From: Selaginella moellendorffii | Taxonomy: Eukaryota > Plantae > Lycopodiophyta | NCBI RefSeq assembly: GCF_000143415.4 | Contig: NW_003314272.1 | Coordinates: 2,257,728-2,321,727 of the forward strand | DNA length: 64,000 nt | Direction: 5' to 3' | Shown here: positions 23,733 through 36,589 of the stretch, piece after piece | How positions within the stretch are numbered: position 1 is the first letter of the stretch | How the letters are laid out: every line of letters starts with the position of its first letter | Notes under the pieces: model-generated | What the model was told of the DNA's origin: nothing | Database searches by the model: none | What the model saw: the letters and a program-made list of their open reading frames with translations, nothing else | Translations under genes and position numbers: made by a program

Positions 23733-26700
23733 ATGGCGCTCGGGCAGGAGACCGTGCCCTTGTCGCTGCTCGTCAAGCGCGCGGCCGAGGCCGCCTACAC
23801 CGGGCTCAAGGAGGTCTGCGAGGCGGCGCCCGAGCAATCCGACGCCGAGAGGAAGATCAGCCTTCTCAAATTCATCCTCAAGACGCGCCAGCGCCTCCTC
23901 CGCCTTCTCGTCATCTGCAAATGGTGTCGCCAGGTACAAATATCTCTCGATTGCCGTGAGCTTCCTTGTCTCGATCGATCGATCGATCGGGCGATCGGAA
24001 TGTAGAAATGTCGATTTATTTTCGAGAATGTGTGTGATTTTTTATTCGTTTGCTTTCTTAGATTCCTCTCGTGGAGCGATGCCAGCAGCTCATGGGGACG
24101 CTCTCCAATCACGACATGAGCTTCACCCAAGCGGCCGATTCCATGTTCTACCTCCACGAGAGCTTGCAGCAGTCGCGAGCGCCCATGTACGATGTCGCCT
24201 CCGCCATGGACGTGCTCTTCACCGGCGGCTTCCCACGAATGCCCAAGTGCATCGAGGATCTCAACGTCCAGCCGGTTCTCGAGGGGTGGAAAAAGGACAA
24301 CGTTCTTCAAAAGCTCGACACCCTTTTGCGATCCAAGCTCCTGGACATCGCCGTTCCAAAGGAGTTCACGTCGGTCTCGGTGCGCGATGGCCGGCTCACG
24401 CTGCGCGTGGATGGAGAGTTTGAGGTGGAGCTCACTCTCGGCTACCGGGGGAATGCGTCGCTGTGGAGGGTGCTCCATTTGAAGCTGCTAGTCGGGGAGA
24501 GCTCCAGGCCGGCAAAGTTCTCGGACATGCAACGTTTCGCGCTCTCCGACGATCTGGAGCGGAGGATGTCGGCTCTGGAAAACCCGTTTGGGATCATCTA
24601 CACGGTTCTTCACGAGTTTTGCGCCGCGCTGGTGATGGACACGCTTTGGCGCCAAGTTCGTGCGCTGAGGCACGGAAGGTGGAAGGACGCTATACGGCTG
24701 GATCTCTCGTTTGAGACGGCCGCGTCTGGGAATCCGGCGACTCAAGCTCCCGCTGACGCAGAGGCGGATCCGTCCAAGTCGCGTGTTCATGGCGTGAAGA
24801 TAACTTACTGGCTCGACATGGCCAAGGGTGGTGAGAGCTTGCTACCGAGCTTGAGGATCGAGCCGGGTAGTGACCAGAGAATCTCCTGCCAGCACCAGCC
24901 GCCACTCACGGATCCTGGGACTGGCAACGACGCTGAGTTTGCACTAGATCAGAGCCGCCTGGACGTCGAGAAGTTGATACTCCGAGTCATTAACTGCAAC
25001 ATTCACTCCCGGCTCGTCGAGGTCCAGAAGAGTCTAAAAGCCAACACTTATATTCACAGGGTGGAAGACGATGTGTTCTTGAAATCTTCTGCGCAGGTCA
25101 GTGAGAGATAAAGCTTACATTCTTGGCGTTCCTAATGGTTTTTGTTTTTGTTTTCCTGTGCAGGATACCTCGGACATCGGTGAAGATAGCCTTCATGTGC
25201 GCGCTTATGGGGATCTATATATCTGTCTTAGTATCAGTATCAGGTGCGTTGCTCTTTGCCTTGTTGAGAACTAAATTCACTGGATCTTAATAGGAATGGA
25301 CGTTTTGTACTTCGAGCTCCCTCAACATTACTCTCATTGTCTTTAGTTCAAGAGATGGAGGAGGCGATAAATCAGGGGACCTCGGTCGTTGATGTCTTTA
25401 TCAATCTGCGGAATCAAAGTATTATCCACCACTATACATCCTTGGGCGGATCAATGAATCTGAAGGTTGGTAGTACTTGTCTTAAATTTTTTTTTTCTCA
25501 GAGAAGCTTTGTGCAGGTCTTTGAAAAAGGTGCCATAACGCTGAAATTTCCGGAGGATGGACCTAAGCTTGGCTCAGACGTACTTGTTCTGGGATTTCCC
25601 AACACCGGCGATTTGTACTTCCTAGCAGTGCATCTCGATCCAGCATTTATGCCACTCTTTGTTCTATTGGAAGCTCAAAAGTTGGCGCCGCTACCAAATC
25701 GGACAACTGTTGCAGCAAAGCATCTGGTCATACGAAGGTACATGAACATCGACATCAGCAAATTTTCTTTGGCTGGCAACGATGAAAACTTGAGCTTATT
25801 AAGTGACAACGTAAAAAGTGGAGGCAGGAGCTTAGTTCCCAAGACAGCTGAAGTGAGGAATGGGTTTGACAGGATCGACAACCAAGTAGGAAAACTGGAA
25901 AAGGCGGAGCAACAGCCGAACTTCGCAATGGGACAGCTGCAACGCTATCATGCGTCACCTTCAGTTTCATTGGGAAGTCCATCCAGCAGAGCCAGCTTTG
26001 GCAACCACAACAGAAAATCGTCATCAAGCAATAATCTGCTAGCGTTGGTGTCTCAAGCCATGGGAAGCCCAGCCAGAAACTCATTTAGCCGGATGTCTCC
26101 ATCGACAAAGTTACCGGAGCTGGAGTATGGTCGCTTAAAGTCCCCTCTACTTCACGTGGATAATCCCGCCTCTCCGGACCTTGACGACGATCATCTTTCG
26201 AAGCTGATCGAGTCGATCTCAACGGGTGGACCAGCAACGGATAACATGGCCAGTACAGGTTTAAGGCAGGTTCATTCGTCACCGTCGTCGAGAACGGTGA
26301 AGTCGGCCTCTAAGAATTCGTTGAAGTCTCTACATCTTGTACCTCGCAAGGGCCTACCGGATGGGTTGGGATCACCTCTGGCGAAGGATATGGATCGGTC
26401 GCCTTATCTTCTTCCAGCCCCTTCACGTCAACTGAGTTCCTTGAAGCGCAAGCCAGAGTCGGACATTTTCTCGTCTCTCCCGTCACTGCAGCGACTAAGC
26501 CTTGGAGCAAGGAAGAAACAGAAAGTCGAAGCGCCATCGAACGCCTTGGAAGTTTTCTCTGGACAGCCTTATGCTGCCGTTGTTGCCGCTGCAAATCAAG
26601 GGAAGGCTCCTCCGGTGACACATATGGCCGTACTTCTGCACGTCGTGAAGAGGTCCTGGCTGGTGATAAAGCACGCTCGTCTAACGAACCAGATGGATTC

Positions 26701-29087
26701 ACTCGGCATATCGTACGTCGAAGAAGGCAGGCTTTCATCATCCGCGGGACTCATATTCCGTTTGGCAACTTCACGAATGAGAGGAGACATGGGAAAGTAT
26801 TGCAATGCTTGGCAGCGGATATCTTTGAGCCTGGGACAGCACGGCAGCGATGGATGGGAAGTAAAAGTCCGTGATTCGCACTATAAAAGCCTGTGGAGCC
26901 TTCAGAAGCAAAAGGTGGCGGATTGGGGAGCTGGAGTTCAGCTCGCGGCTTTGTCGGAGGCTGATGCTCACATCAAATGTAGTCAAGAAGGCTTGATTCT
27001 TAGCTACAGCACGGTGGAAGACGACAGTATCAAGAAGCTTTTAGCAGATCTAGAGCGCTTAAGGAGTGCTAGAGCGTTTGCACACTGCATGAAGAAGCTT
27101 CTGGAGGACAGGATGGACGAGGGAGACCAAGGAGCTTCGCGGACAGATACGAAATGGGAAGCAATTACCAGGGCTTTCAAAGTCGAGGCTTTGGGCCTTA
27201 CGAGCTTATGGTTCAGCTATACAGGAAGCATGCCAGGAATACTTGCACGATTTGTGGTAGAATGGGCATCCGACCAAGAGGGTTGCATAGTTCATGTCTC
27301 GCCGGAACAACTGTGGCCCCATACGAAGGTATGTTTTTCCGAGTTCCAGCTTCTCTGATCTTCTAACAGGTTTAAACTTTCCAGTATCTGGAGGACTTGA
27401 TTAATGGAGGGGACGTGGAGCTTCTACTTGATGCCATCCGGATAACGGCTGGTCCTTTACATGCACTTGCCGGCGCAATCCGTCCAGCACGAATGACAGC
27501 ACCTGTTTCGAGCATTGTCGCTTCTGCCATTTCTCCACCAGGTCAGGTTTCTCCTCCAAATAGTTCCGCCACGCCTCAGTCCAGAGCTACAGGACTCTCG
27601 ATCCAGATTCCAACTATCACTTCCGGCCCCGGGAGAGGGCCTGGTCCAGGCATAGTTCCAAGCTCCCTGTTGCCAACGGACATTTCCGTTCTCATGCGCT
27701 CGCCATATTGGATCAGGATAGTCTACAGAAAGCAATTCTCGGTGGATATGAGGTGCTTTGAAGGTGACCAAGTGTGGCTGCAGCCAGCTCCTCCGCCTCA
27801 GGGTGCTGGTCCCGACGCAGGCGGTTCCTTACCTTGCCCGCAGTTTCGGCCGTTCGTCATGGAGAACGTTTTGAACAGTTCTGAGACTGTGGTCACCGGC
27901 GTACAGCAAAATGGTCCGGCATCTGCCAATCCTCGCTCGAATGCAAGTGCTACTCGGAATACTCCAAGCTCAGCGGCATCTGGTCGGAACCTCGTCATAG
28001 GGGGGCCCGGTTATCCAAGCTACAGGGGTGAGCTAAACTCTGCGTTTTGCGGCGTGAGTGACGATGGAGGTTACAGCGGTGCATGGGTGCCTCTTCCTGC
28101 TCTCAAAAAGGTCCTGCGCAGCACTCTTAAGTATCTCGGTGTCCTCTGGCTCTTTGCGCAGTTCCCCAATATTATTCGCGAGGTACTTGGCTCCGTTATG
28201 AATGGGAGAGATGGAACTCTTCTCCACTTGGATCCTGAGCAACCTGCTTTGCGATTCAATATCGGGTACGTCAACTTTTGGCTTATAACCTCTGTACTGA
28301 CTTACTTGTCACGCTGTGCAGGAATTGCATGTTTGCTGTGAATATGCATCGCCACCAGCTGTATTTACAAGGTTTGAACGTGAAGAAGTTTCAGCAACCG
28401 CCTCCCGAGCTACAAACAGACCCCCCAGGAGCAGACGCGGACCTGACAAATGGTGAAATGCTGGAAATAACTGAGTTCTTCGCTCAACGAGTCGCATCTG
28501 AACCGTATGATGCCTCCCGCTTGGCCTCGTTCGTGACGATCCTGACGCTACCGATAGCTGTCCTTCGGGAGTTCCTTGGATTGATATCATGGATGAAAGA
28601 GGCCCAGAAGAACCAGGCCGTGGAGGCCACCCCTCGGCCGAGGATTGAGCTGTGCCTGGAGAATCGTTTGGTGATCAACACCACCATGAAAGAGGAAGCT
28701 GGCAGCAGCACGTCCGTGAAGAGCAGCATACTGCACGATCGAGAAAGAGAAATCGTGGAGTTCGCTCTGACTGTTTTCTTGGACCTGGGTCCTCACGTCA
28801 ACGTGAACGTTGCTGGAGGTGCGGGGTGGCTGCCGCAGTGTGTATCGGTGCGGATGAGATACTACTACAACGAAGGTGGAAGGCGGGTGCTTCTGGTGGG
28901 CTTGGAAGGCAGTCATGGGGGCAGGGCTTGCTGGTCCAGGGGTGACGAGTGGGAGAGGCTGAAAGAGAGAACCAAAGTGCTGGAAGCTGCTGCCGCCGGT
29001 CAAGAGTCAAGTGGGAGATTGCGGGCAGTAGCGGAATCTGTGCAATTAACTTTGCAGTCTGCGCTCCAGCAGCTCCGTGCGGTGTGA
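23733..29087 (+). CDS. MED14: Mediator subunit 14 (STRUWWELPETER-like), multi-exon
   Basis: MALGQETV..KISLLKF..TRQRLLRL, APMYDV..A.DVLFTG, RVASEPYDASRLASF. Telo-box TAGGGTTT just upstream. Confidence 0.92.
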
Positions 29088-32056
29088 ATGAAATTCTGCG
29101 CTCTGCGGAGTAGCTCGGGAGTCGGGACGAGATCTTGCTGCGCAATTTTTGACTTGTTTAAAGGCTTCTGTAGGTACGCCTTTTCACTTTGGTACTTCGT
29201 TACTGTAACTGTTACGTGCTTGCAGGTGACGAGCTCCACAAAAGATCTGGGAGCAGATCTGCTCGGCACGAAGCTAACATATCGTGCAGTGACCAGATTT
29301 ATGGGCAGAGATATTTATTTATTTTTTCTTCATGGTACATTCTATAGACGTTTTGTCTCCTCGATTCGCTAAGTTTTCTTCCCGTGTCACTTGCAGATGA
29401 CGAACGACTTTGCACTGCCGAACGGAAGGCAGTGTTTCGCTATTCACGCCGTGCAATTTTCCAAGCCTTGCCTTCCAAGCAAGCATATGGAGACTATCAA
29501 CCTTGATCATGATATTTCAGCAGCCTTTGACTGAAAGCGAGGCAGGAAGACACAAACTCATTAATTTGGGTGGGATACTGCCGGGATACGGCGGGATGGT
29601 TAGCTCCTTTCTTACGGAATTTTCTGTCGTCCTGTAAGCTGAAAGTCTTATTTCGATGCAGGTAAAAAAGAGCTATCGAGATGTGATGCTTGGAGAGCGA
29701 AAGTACCTCCGCTGATGAGGATCTTTGTGACCAATCCATTCAACATTACGTCACGCAAGTAATGAGGCTTATGCGGATCCGGGAAGGCGTGAGGCAAGCA
29801 TGCCTGAGTCTCTTTGTTACTTATCTGTTTTTCTTCTTTTAACTCCAGTCAAACAAGACAGGCAGGCACAGGAAGGTGGTGAATTGCATTACCTCTGTGT
29901 AGGTAGATCTTTCCGCATCAGCATCAAACCGAAAGCAGCAGCAGCAGCCAGCGGCAGCATGCCAGAGCCAGAATAGCAACAGGGACAAGAACAGGATGCA
30001 AAGCGAAGGGAGCAAAAAAAAAAAAAGCCGAACCAAAAAACAAAAACGAGAAAAAGGAGCTGCAAAGCAAGTAATGGCACACGTGAGGTAGTAGTAGTCG
30101 TTGAGCTCTTTGGTTTTTTTTTTTTTTTTCTTCCTTTTCATCTTTTCATGCTCGTCTCTGTGTTGTTTGCAGGTCTGCGCCTGGTCCTCGTTCTCGGCTA
30201 AAGCTTTTTGCGCTGGTAAAATATAGCGAACTGTGGTCGTCTGCCGGGAAAAGAAACCTCTCCGGTTATAGTGCGTTGCTCGGGTCGGGGACTCCTTCCA
30301 CGGTCTCTTGTCTCGGACCACCAACTCGGGCTGGCCTGGCGCTGTCCCTTTCTCCCGTGTGCTGCGACTCTGGCGCTGCTAAAAGCAACAAGTTACAGGT
30401 ATGTGTGTGGATTTATTATGCCAAAAACCTGAGCGCAGTGCGGGGCACTTACTTTGATTGCCTGGCTTTGTGTTTTTGCTTGCAGGCACATTGATAACTC
30501 TTGCAACTTCTAGCTAAACTGGATGAACCAGCTTGTATATATGTGTATATATATTCCAGGGCCAGCTAGCGCATATGTTATGTTCATCGTACAAAGGTCC
30601 GATTGAATCAAAATTGTATTTTTAAACTCTCGCTCGTTTTTTTTTTTTTTTTTTTCTAGAAGACGATATCTTTGTTTTGAGTTTTATAGCGAGTAACAAT
30701 CATAGTGGGTGTTTTTGTCAAGGGAGACAAGCTAGCAGGGGATTAAAATTGACGCTACCACAATAACGAACCCACATGGTTTGGCATTGATCTGGGAACG
30801 CATTGAAAATCCTGGAGAGGGGAAGATTCGAGATGCCGCGAGCGGATTCCCTGGTTCAGGTGAAAGACAGAAAGAAAGGTGACCTTTGTTCTTCTCACCC
30901 TCGTCGGTCAGAGAGGTTATCTTTTTTTTTCTCTCTTTGGCGAAAGTTCTTCGAGGAATTGGCTGTAAACAACACATTACAAGGAGAAAAGAATGGTTTT
31001 CTAGTCGCCAACTTTTGTGCAAGGATTGATTGCGGGGGCATTTGTTTAATCGGCATTTGTTTAGCTCGTGCTTGTAACGTTTTCCTTGGATTGCTAGATT
31101 GTGTCGATGATGGGCGATTGAATCGGGGGCAAAAACGTTACAAACTCTTTCACTCTCTCTTTCTCGTCGCTATAGAGCCTGTAATGTAATGTAGCAATGG
31201 GGACAGCACGCAAAAGAGCGAACACGCATTATCCTTGACAAAATAAGCTTTGACCGTGGCTCATGACGAGATTTGGCCACCATGAATGGATGAAATTGGG
31301 CCCCAAGAATTGTACGTTGGTGTTTAATTTTGATCTTTTTTTCCCCGTGGTCGTTGCCGTGGAAGACCGAAATGTATCAAAAATTTCTTCTCCCCCCAAG
31401 GAGGGGACGATCGATTGTGATGAAAAGATTTGATAGGGGCATCTGGTCTTTTGACTTCGAAACACTGCACAAAAGAGGGGGAAAAAAGAATATGAGAGCA
31501 CTTCTCGCAAGATCAAAGGTTTGGGATTGGTTGGCTGTGCGAGAAAACTTCGGGCCTCTTCGAGAAAGAGAGGAGAGATCTCATCAAGACTTAGACTTGT
31601 GTCCTGTCCTCGCCTTTTTTTTTTTCCTGCGTTTTTTCATTTTTCTTTTGCGCCTTTAGCCACCAAACTCAATCCATTTCTACGTAACATCCGACATGCA
31701 CGCATTGGACAGCGACCACCGCCACGAACTCTCGTCTGGAAGAAAAAAGAAAAACAAAAATCTCCCTGCACAAACAAAACAAGCGCTTGATTCCAGAAGA
31801 CCAAAGCTTTGGACGCACACCACACCATCTCTGGCTGGTTGTTTGGTGTTTGGTCACCTTACCACCACCCGTAAAATTCGACAAGCAAAGTAAAAATAAA
31901 AAATCGCAAATCTCTTACCACCCGCATGCCCTCCACATTAATTGGAGAGATTACAACACACTAATTGTAAGGACAGCCGCTCAGTTACATTGAGTGCGCA
32001 AAACCAATCAAAAGAAAGCGATTAGATTAAATAAAGGCCAACGGGACGGCGGCCCT

Positions 32057-32094
32057 CTTGACTGACGGTGACGGAGCCGTCAGTCAAGGTCAAA
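32057..32094. promoter_or_regulatory. Palindromic W-box/TGACG cluster upstream of the U-box gene
   Basis: Perfect 12-bp inverted repeat CTTGACTGACGG/CCGTCAGTCAAG with a TGACG in the spacer, followed by GGTCAAA. Confidence 0.6.
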
Positions 32095-32654
32095 CCAACA
32101 CGTCTAGGGCAAAGGTAAAAAAGGTGGTACACCCGTGTTAAAAAAGTAGTGTAAGTTTCCCGTCAAAGTGAGGAAAACATCACGGTCGGTCGGTGGCAGC
32201 GGCGAGACCAATGGGGACCCGCGCGGGCAGGCCGGGCAGCGCTCCCGGGCAGCTAGGGCTACTTATAACAAACAGGGCCATGTGTGTATCGAGAAGGAGA
32301 AGAAAAACGAGAAAAGAAATTAGCAAGGGTTTAAAGCAGAGAAGGAAGGAGGAAGGAGAAGAATGCCGGCCGCGATGAAGCTCTGGAGATGGCGATTTTA
32401 GGGTTCTTGGCGGGGTTGGGCGGGGAAGGCAAGAGATCTTGGCTTTTGGGTCTGATTGATCGATCGAGATCGGGGATCGATCGATTGTCGCGAGCAAGAT
32501 GGGCTCTTCTTGGGCGTGATTGATCAGCCAGGAGAAATACGAGCCCCTTGTGATTGATCGCATCGAATTGAGAGGGAGAGGGGAGGGAATCGAGCGAGAG
32601 AGATTGAGAGAGAGAGATAGATCGATCCGGCGAGCGATCAAGCTGGCGAGCAAG

Positions 32655-34028
32655 ATGCCGGGGCTCAAGAAGATGCAGGTCCAAAATCTGCAAGTGCCCC
32701 ACTACTTCCGGTGCCCGATATCGCTGGAGCTGATGCGCGACCCGGTGACGGTGGCCACGGGCCAGACGTATGACCGCTCCAGCATCGAGAAATGGGTGAG
32801 CGACGGCAACGCGACGTGCCCGGCCACGATGCAGCGCCTCACCGATCTCACGCTCATCCCAAACCACACGCTGCGCCGCCTCATCCAGGAGTGGTGCGTC
32901 GCCAATCGCTCGCGTGGCATCGAGCGCATCCCCACGCCCAAGCAGCCCGCGGACCCGCAGCGCGTCGCGGCGCTCGTCCGGGACGTGACGCGCGGTACCG
33001 CCGGCGGTACCGCGTTGCAGCTCTTACTGCCGGCACTGCGCAGCCTCCGCGCGCTGGCCAAGGAGAACGATAAGAACCGAGGTCTGATGGTGGAGGCCAA
33101 TGCGGTTTCGGCTCTTATCCGTGCCATGTTTAGGATCCCTTCCTCCTCCAGCGACGACGACGACGATGACAATCTCTCCTCGTCGTGCTCTTGCTCCTTC
33201 GATCCCGATTCCTTGTCGTGCTGCGCGCCGCTAGATCACGACCAACATCTTGGCGATTCCCTGGACGTGGAGGAGTCGTCGCTGGCGGTGCTGGTGCTCC
33301 TCCCGCTCAAGGACAGCGAGCGGCGATCCATCGCGCAGTGCCGGCGGCGGCTGGGCGCCGTGTCGCGGATCGTGCGACGCGGGCGGAGCATGGACGCGCG
33401 CATCAACGCGGCGGTACTGGTGGAGAAGATCGCGTCGGACGCGCCCGAGGCGGCGAAGCTGGCCATGGGCCAGATCCCCGGCCTGCTCGAGGGCCTCGTG
33501 GATCTCCTCCGGGGCGACCACTCGGCTGTGTCGCCGCGCGCGCCCAAGTCGGGCGTCAAGGCGCTCTTCTCGCTGTGCCTGTGCAGCGCGGCATCCAACA
33601 GCGAGCGGGCGGTATCGGCCGGCGCCGCGGCGGCGCTGGTGGAGCACCTCCCGGCGGCACAGCACGGCGACGCGGACCGGACCTTGGGTGCGCTGGAGCT
33701 GCTGTGCCGGACGCGGGCGGGGCGGGAGGTGGTGGCGCAGCACGCGCTGGCGGTGCCGGCGCTGGTGGCGGCCATCCAGTGCCGGAGCTCGTTCCAGGCG
33801 GCCGAGTGCGCCGCCGGGACGCTACTGGCGGTATGCAGCGGGAGCGAGGAGGTACAGCTGGCGGCGGCCGAGGCCGGGGTGCTCACGCAGCTACTGCTGC
33901 TCATCCAGAGCGACTGCACGGATCGGGCAAAGAGGAAGGCCGTGGAGCTGCTCAAGCTGCTCCGGCGGTGGTGGGCGGAGGACCCGTGCCTGGCGGAGCT
34001 GGACAGGACGGACGTGGTGGCGTTCTAA
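32655..34028 (+). CDS. PUB26: U-box/ARM E3 ligase, PUB25/PUB26-like, intronless
   Basis: PHYFRCPISLELMRDPV..TGQTYDRSSIE.W, LIPNHTLRRLIQEWCVANRSRGIERIPTPKQPADP, C-terminal RAKRKA..LLKLLR. Confidence 0.93.
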   Translation: MPGLKKMQVQNLQVPHYFRCPISLELMRDPVTVATGQTYDRSSIEKWVSDGNATCPATMQRLTDLTLIPNHTLRRLIQEWCVANRSRGIERIPTPKQPADPQRVAALVRDVTRGTAGGTALQLLLPALRSLRALAKENDKNRGLMVEANAVSALIRAMFRIPSSSSDDDDDDNLSSSCSCSFDPDSLSCCAPLDHDQHLGDSLDVEESSLAVLVLLPLKDSERRSIAQCRRRLGAVSRIVRRGRSMDARINAAVLVEKIASDAPEAAKLAMGQIPGLLEGLVDLLRGDHSAVSPRAPKSGVKALFSLCLCSAASNSERAVSAGAAAALVEHLPAAQHGDADRTLGALELLCRTRAGREVVAQHALAVPALVAAIQCRSSFQAAECAAGTLLAVCSGSEEVQLAAAEAGVLTQLLLLIQSDCTDRAKRKAVELLKLLRRWWAEDPCLAELDRTDVVAF

Positions 34029-35938
34029 GCGATGGCGGTACGGCGCCCAGCTCTAGCTAACGGCCAGCGGCACACCGCGCGGTATGCCGCCAGTGCTCAA
34101 GAGACCGACCGAGAACCGCAATGCAATGCCGGTACTTTTACTATCTACGTGCCCACACCGTACATTTTAAGCGATTATAGGGAGGGAGGAGGGTTGTTTT
34201 TTCCGTGCTGTTTTTGTGATTTGGGGGGTTTTACGCAAACTACACTACGTACTAGTTGGCCAGCTTTTAGTCTTGGGTGAGGTTCTTGAGATTTTCTTCT
34301 TTATCCATGTTCCAACACCATGGTGTATATATTGTGTCAATATATTTTTGACAGCAGAGAGAGCACACAGCACACAGCCCAGCAGCACCAGCGCAGCAGC
34401 TGCAGAAACAGTAGCAAGAGATCTTTTTGGAAGCTGCAAATACAGCATTGTCTTTGTCGCTTGTAATGCAATTAGCTGAAATCCAAGGACAAAACAAGCT
34501 TAGGCCTACCTGGTGATGGATGCATGGCTGAATAATAATCAGAGAGAGATTCTTCTTGGTGTGAGATTATTTGTGGGAAGGAAACAGAAAGTGTGTGTCA
34601 TACCTAATTTTTTTGTCATGCCACCTGTAATGTTATTTTTTTCTTCTCTTCTTTCTGGGTGGGAGTAGTGGCATCAGCAAATTTGTGTGTTTGTGGGCTC
34701 AAGACTTGTGTGTGTGTGTGTGTGTGTGTGCTTCTCACTCTGGCAATGTATTTTTTTGTGGTGATTTTGCCAGAGGATGGTCTCAGTCCAAGCTCAGTGA
34801 AAGGTCAAAGCCCTCTGGAATGCTGCTGCTTGCTTCTTTCTTGCTTGGTAACAAGTGTGAAGGGGATGGCTGTCCAGCCAACAGGGAAAAAATTGATAGC
34901 TAGGCAAAGTTAGTAGATTTTTGAGGTTACACTCTGTAAAACAATTGTTTTGCTTTCCTCTCTTTTTTACTTCCTTGCTTCTTGAGCTGTGTGGCCACTA
35001 CAAATGCCAACAAGGGGACCCTCCCTCTCCTTGTTGTTGGGGTCACAAGTCACAAAAAAAGGAGGGAGAGGGGTTTGGCTCAAAAACAAAGCCAAAAAAT
35101 GGGGGACATGTTGTTGTGACTGTCATTTTGGTCCCTGGAAATGATGGTGGTGGTGGACCAGAACCAGAAGAACAAAGGCAAGCAACCAAGAAAAAAAACA
35201 ATACTCCTATAAAAACAAAAAGAAATGGAAAAAAAAAACCAACCAATGGAAGAGAAGTTTGACCGTTGCCGTGTTCTGTGCGTGGGATGGAGATTTTGTT
35301 CCGCGTTTGACCGTTGAATATTCGGATCGCTTGCACGTGTAGCTGGCCTATGTAAAGGAAAAGATCTGGCAAGCCTGAATATGCGAGGGAATCAATCCAG
35401 GACGAAAGAAATTATTATAACGGCGAAAGTGCGCATATTACCTGTGGCGTTTTAAGTCTGCCATGGATGGATGATGGATGGATCTCTCTCCTCTCTTTTT
35501 TTTTCTTTTTCTCCCGGCGAGAGTGGAGTGGAATCACTCAGGTGTTTGATGATTGGTGTCACGGTGCGAAGAAAATTCTGGACTGGTTGATGCTTTGTTC
35601 GTGTGCTTATTGCAGGAGAGTACTGCGATGGAAGAACTGCAAAACTGAAGTGGAGGAAGTGATTGACTAGAACAAGAGAGAAGGAAGTCCTGCGCTGTTT
35701 TCATACTTGCAACGTGTCCAGAATCTCGTCTGTGGTCAATCGATCCAGTTATCAAATCCGGAAGGACACGGAACAAAGACGCCAAGGTTAGTGGATTGGC
35801 CTTTTGCTTCTTTCTCCATAGAAAAATAGAAGCTAGCACACTTACGCAGGCTAATGTAGAGGCGCTCGTTTGAAGGGAATCACGGAGCTCCTGCAGTGAA
35901 AACAAGCTGAGCAGTGGCCTAGAAAAAAGACACAAGAA

Positions 35939-36162
35939 AAAAACTATGCCTTGCCTGGAAGACGAGCTTTTCTCTCGTTGGAGGAACGAAACACCAGAGA
36001 CTTTCGATCGAGCGTCCTGTGTAGAGCATGCACTGTTCGAGAAAAAAGAGAGAAAGAAAGAAAGAAAGATAAAAACTGTGACTTGCCTGGAAGGCGAGCT
36101 TTTCTCTCATTGTAGAAACGAAAATCCAGAGACTTTCGATCGAACATCCTGTAAAGCATGCA
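35939..36162 (-). repeat. Tandem duplicated ~90 bp unit (period ~130 bp) resembling an exon with a GC donor
   Basis: Two diverged copies (35939-36032 and 36071-36162). On the minus strand each reads ..ACAG|GA....TTCCAG|GCAAG. Confidence 0.8.
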
Positions 36163-36262
36163 AGCGCCAAGGAAACAAAAGATCAAGCGAAAGAAGCGAC
36201 TGCATTGATCACAGGCAAGGAAAGAACACACTGAAGATCAAAACCAGACTTTTCCACTCGTT

Positions 36263-36514
36263 TCAAGCTTTCCTGGCTTTGCCTATCTCCATCACGTTCT
36301 TGAGGCGAGGAGCATAGAGCGAGTACACCACCGTCTGGCGCTTCACTACCTCGAGCTGCTCCTTACCGCTCGCAAATGCCTCTGCCGCATTGCCGGATTG
36401 GCGAAATCCTTGCCTGGATCGGCGCTTGATGTACTCACGCACATTGTAGTCGGTGAACTTGCGCGCCTCGCGCAGGAAACCCCGGTAGAGCGCGCGCACC
36501 TGCGCGGGATCCAT
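36263..36514 (-). CDS. ISD11: LYR-motif protein 4 (Fe-S cluster assembly, NFS1 partner)
   Basis: ALYRGFLREARKFTDYNVREY..RR..GFR, LEVVKRQTVVYSLY. Confidence 0.93.
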   Translation of the reverse strand: MDPAQVRALYRGFLREARKFTDYNVREYIKRRSRQGFRQSGNAAEAFASGKEQLEVVKRQTVVYSLYAPRLKNVMEIGKARKA

Positions 36515-36589
36515 CGCCTCGCGTCCTGTAGCATAAACCCTAGAATTTAGGGTTCTTGGGTTTTACTTGTTTTAACTGGCTGGGAGGGA

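Noticed and set aside
34350-34385. AGAGAGAGCACACAGC...CAGCCC resembling miR156/miR529
   Set aside because: Not a match to the mature sequences I know, and no complementary arm was seen.
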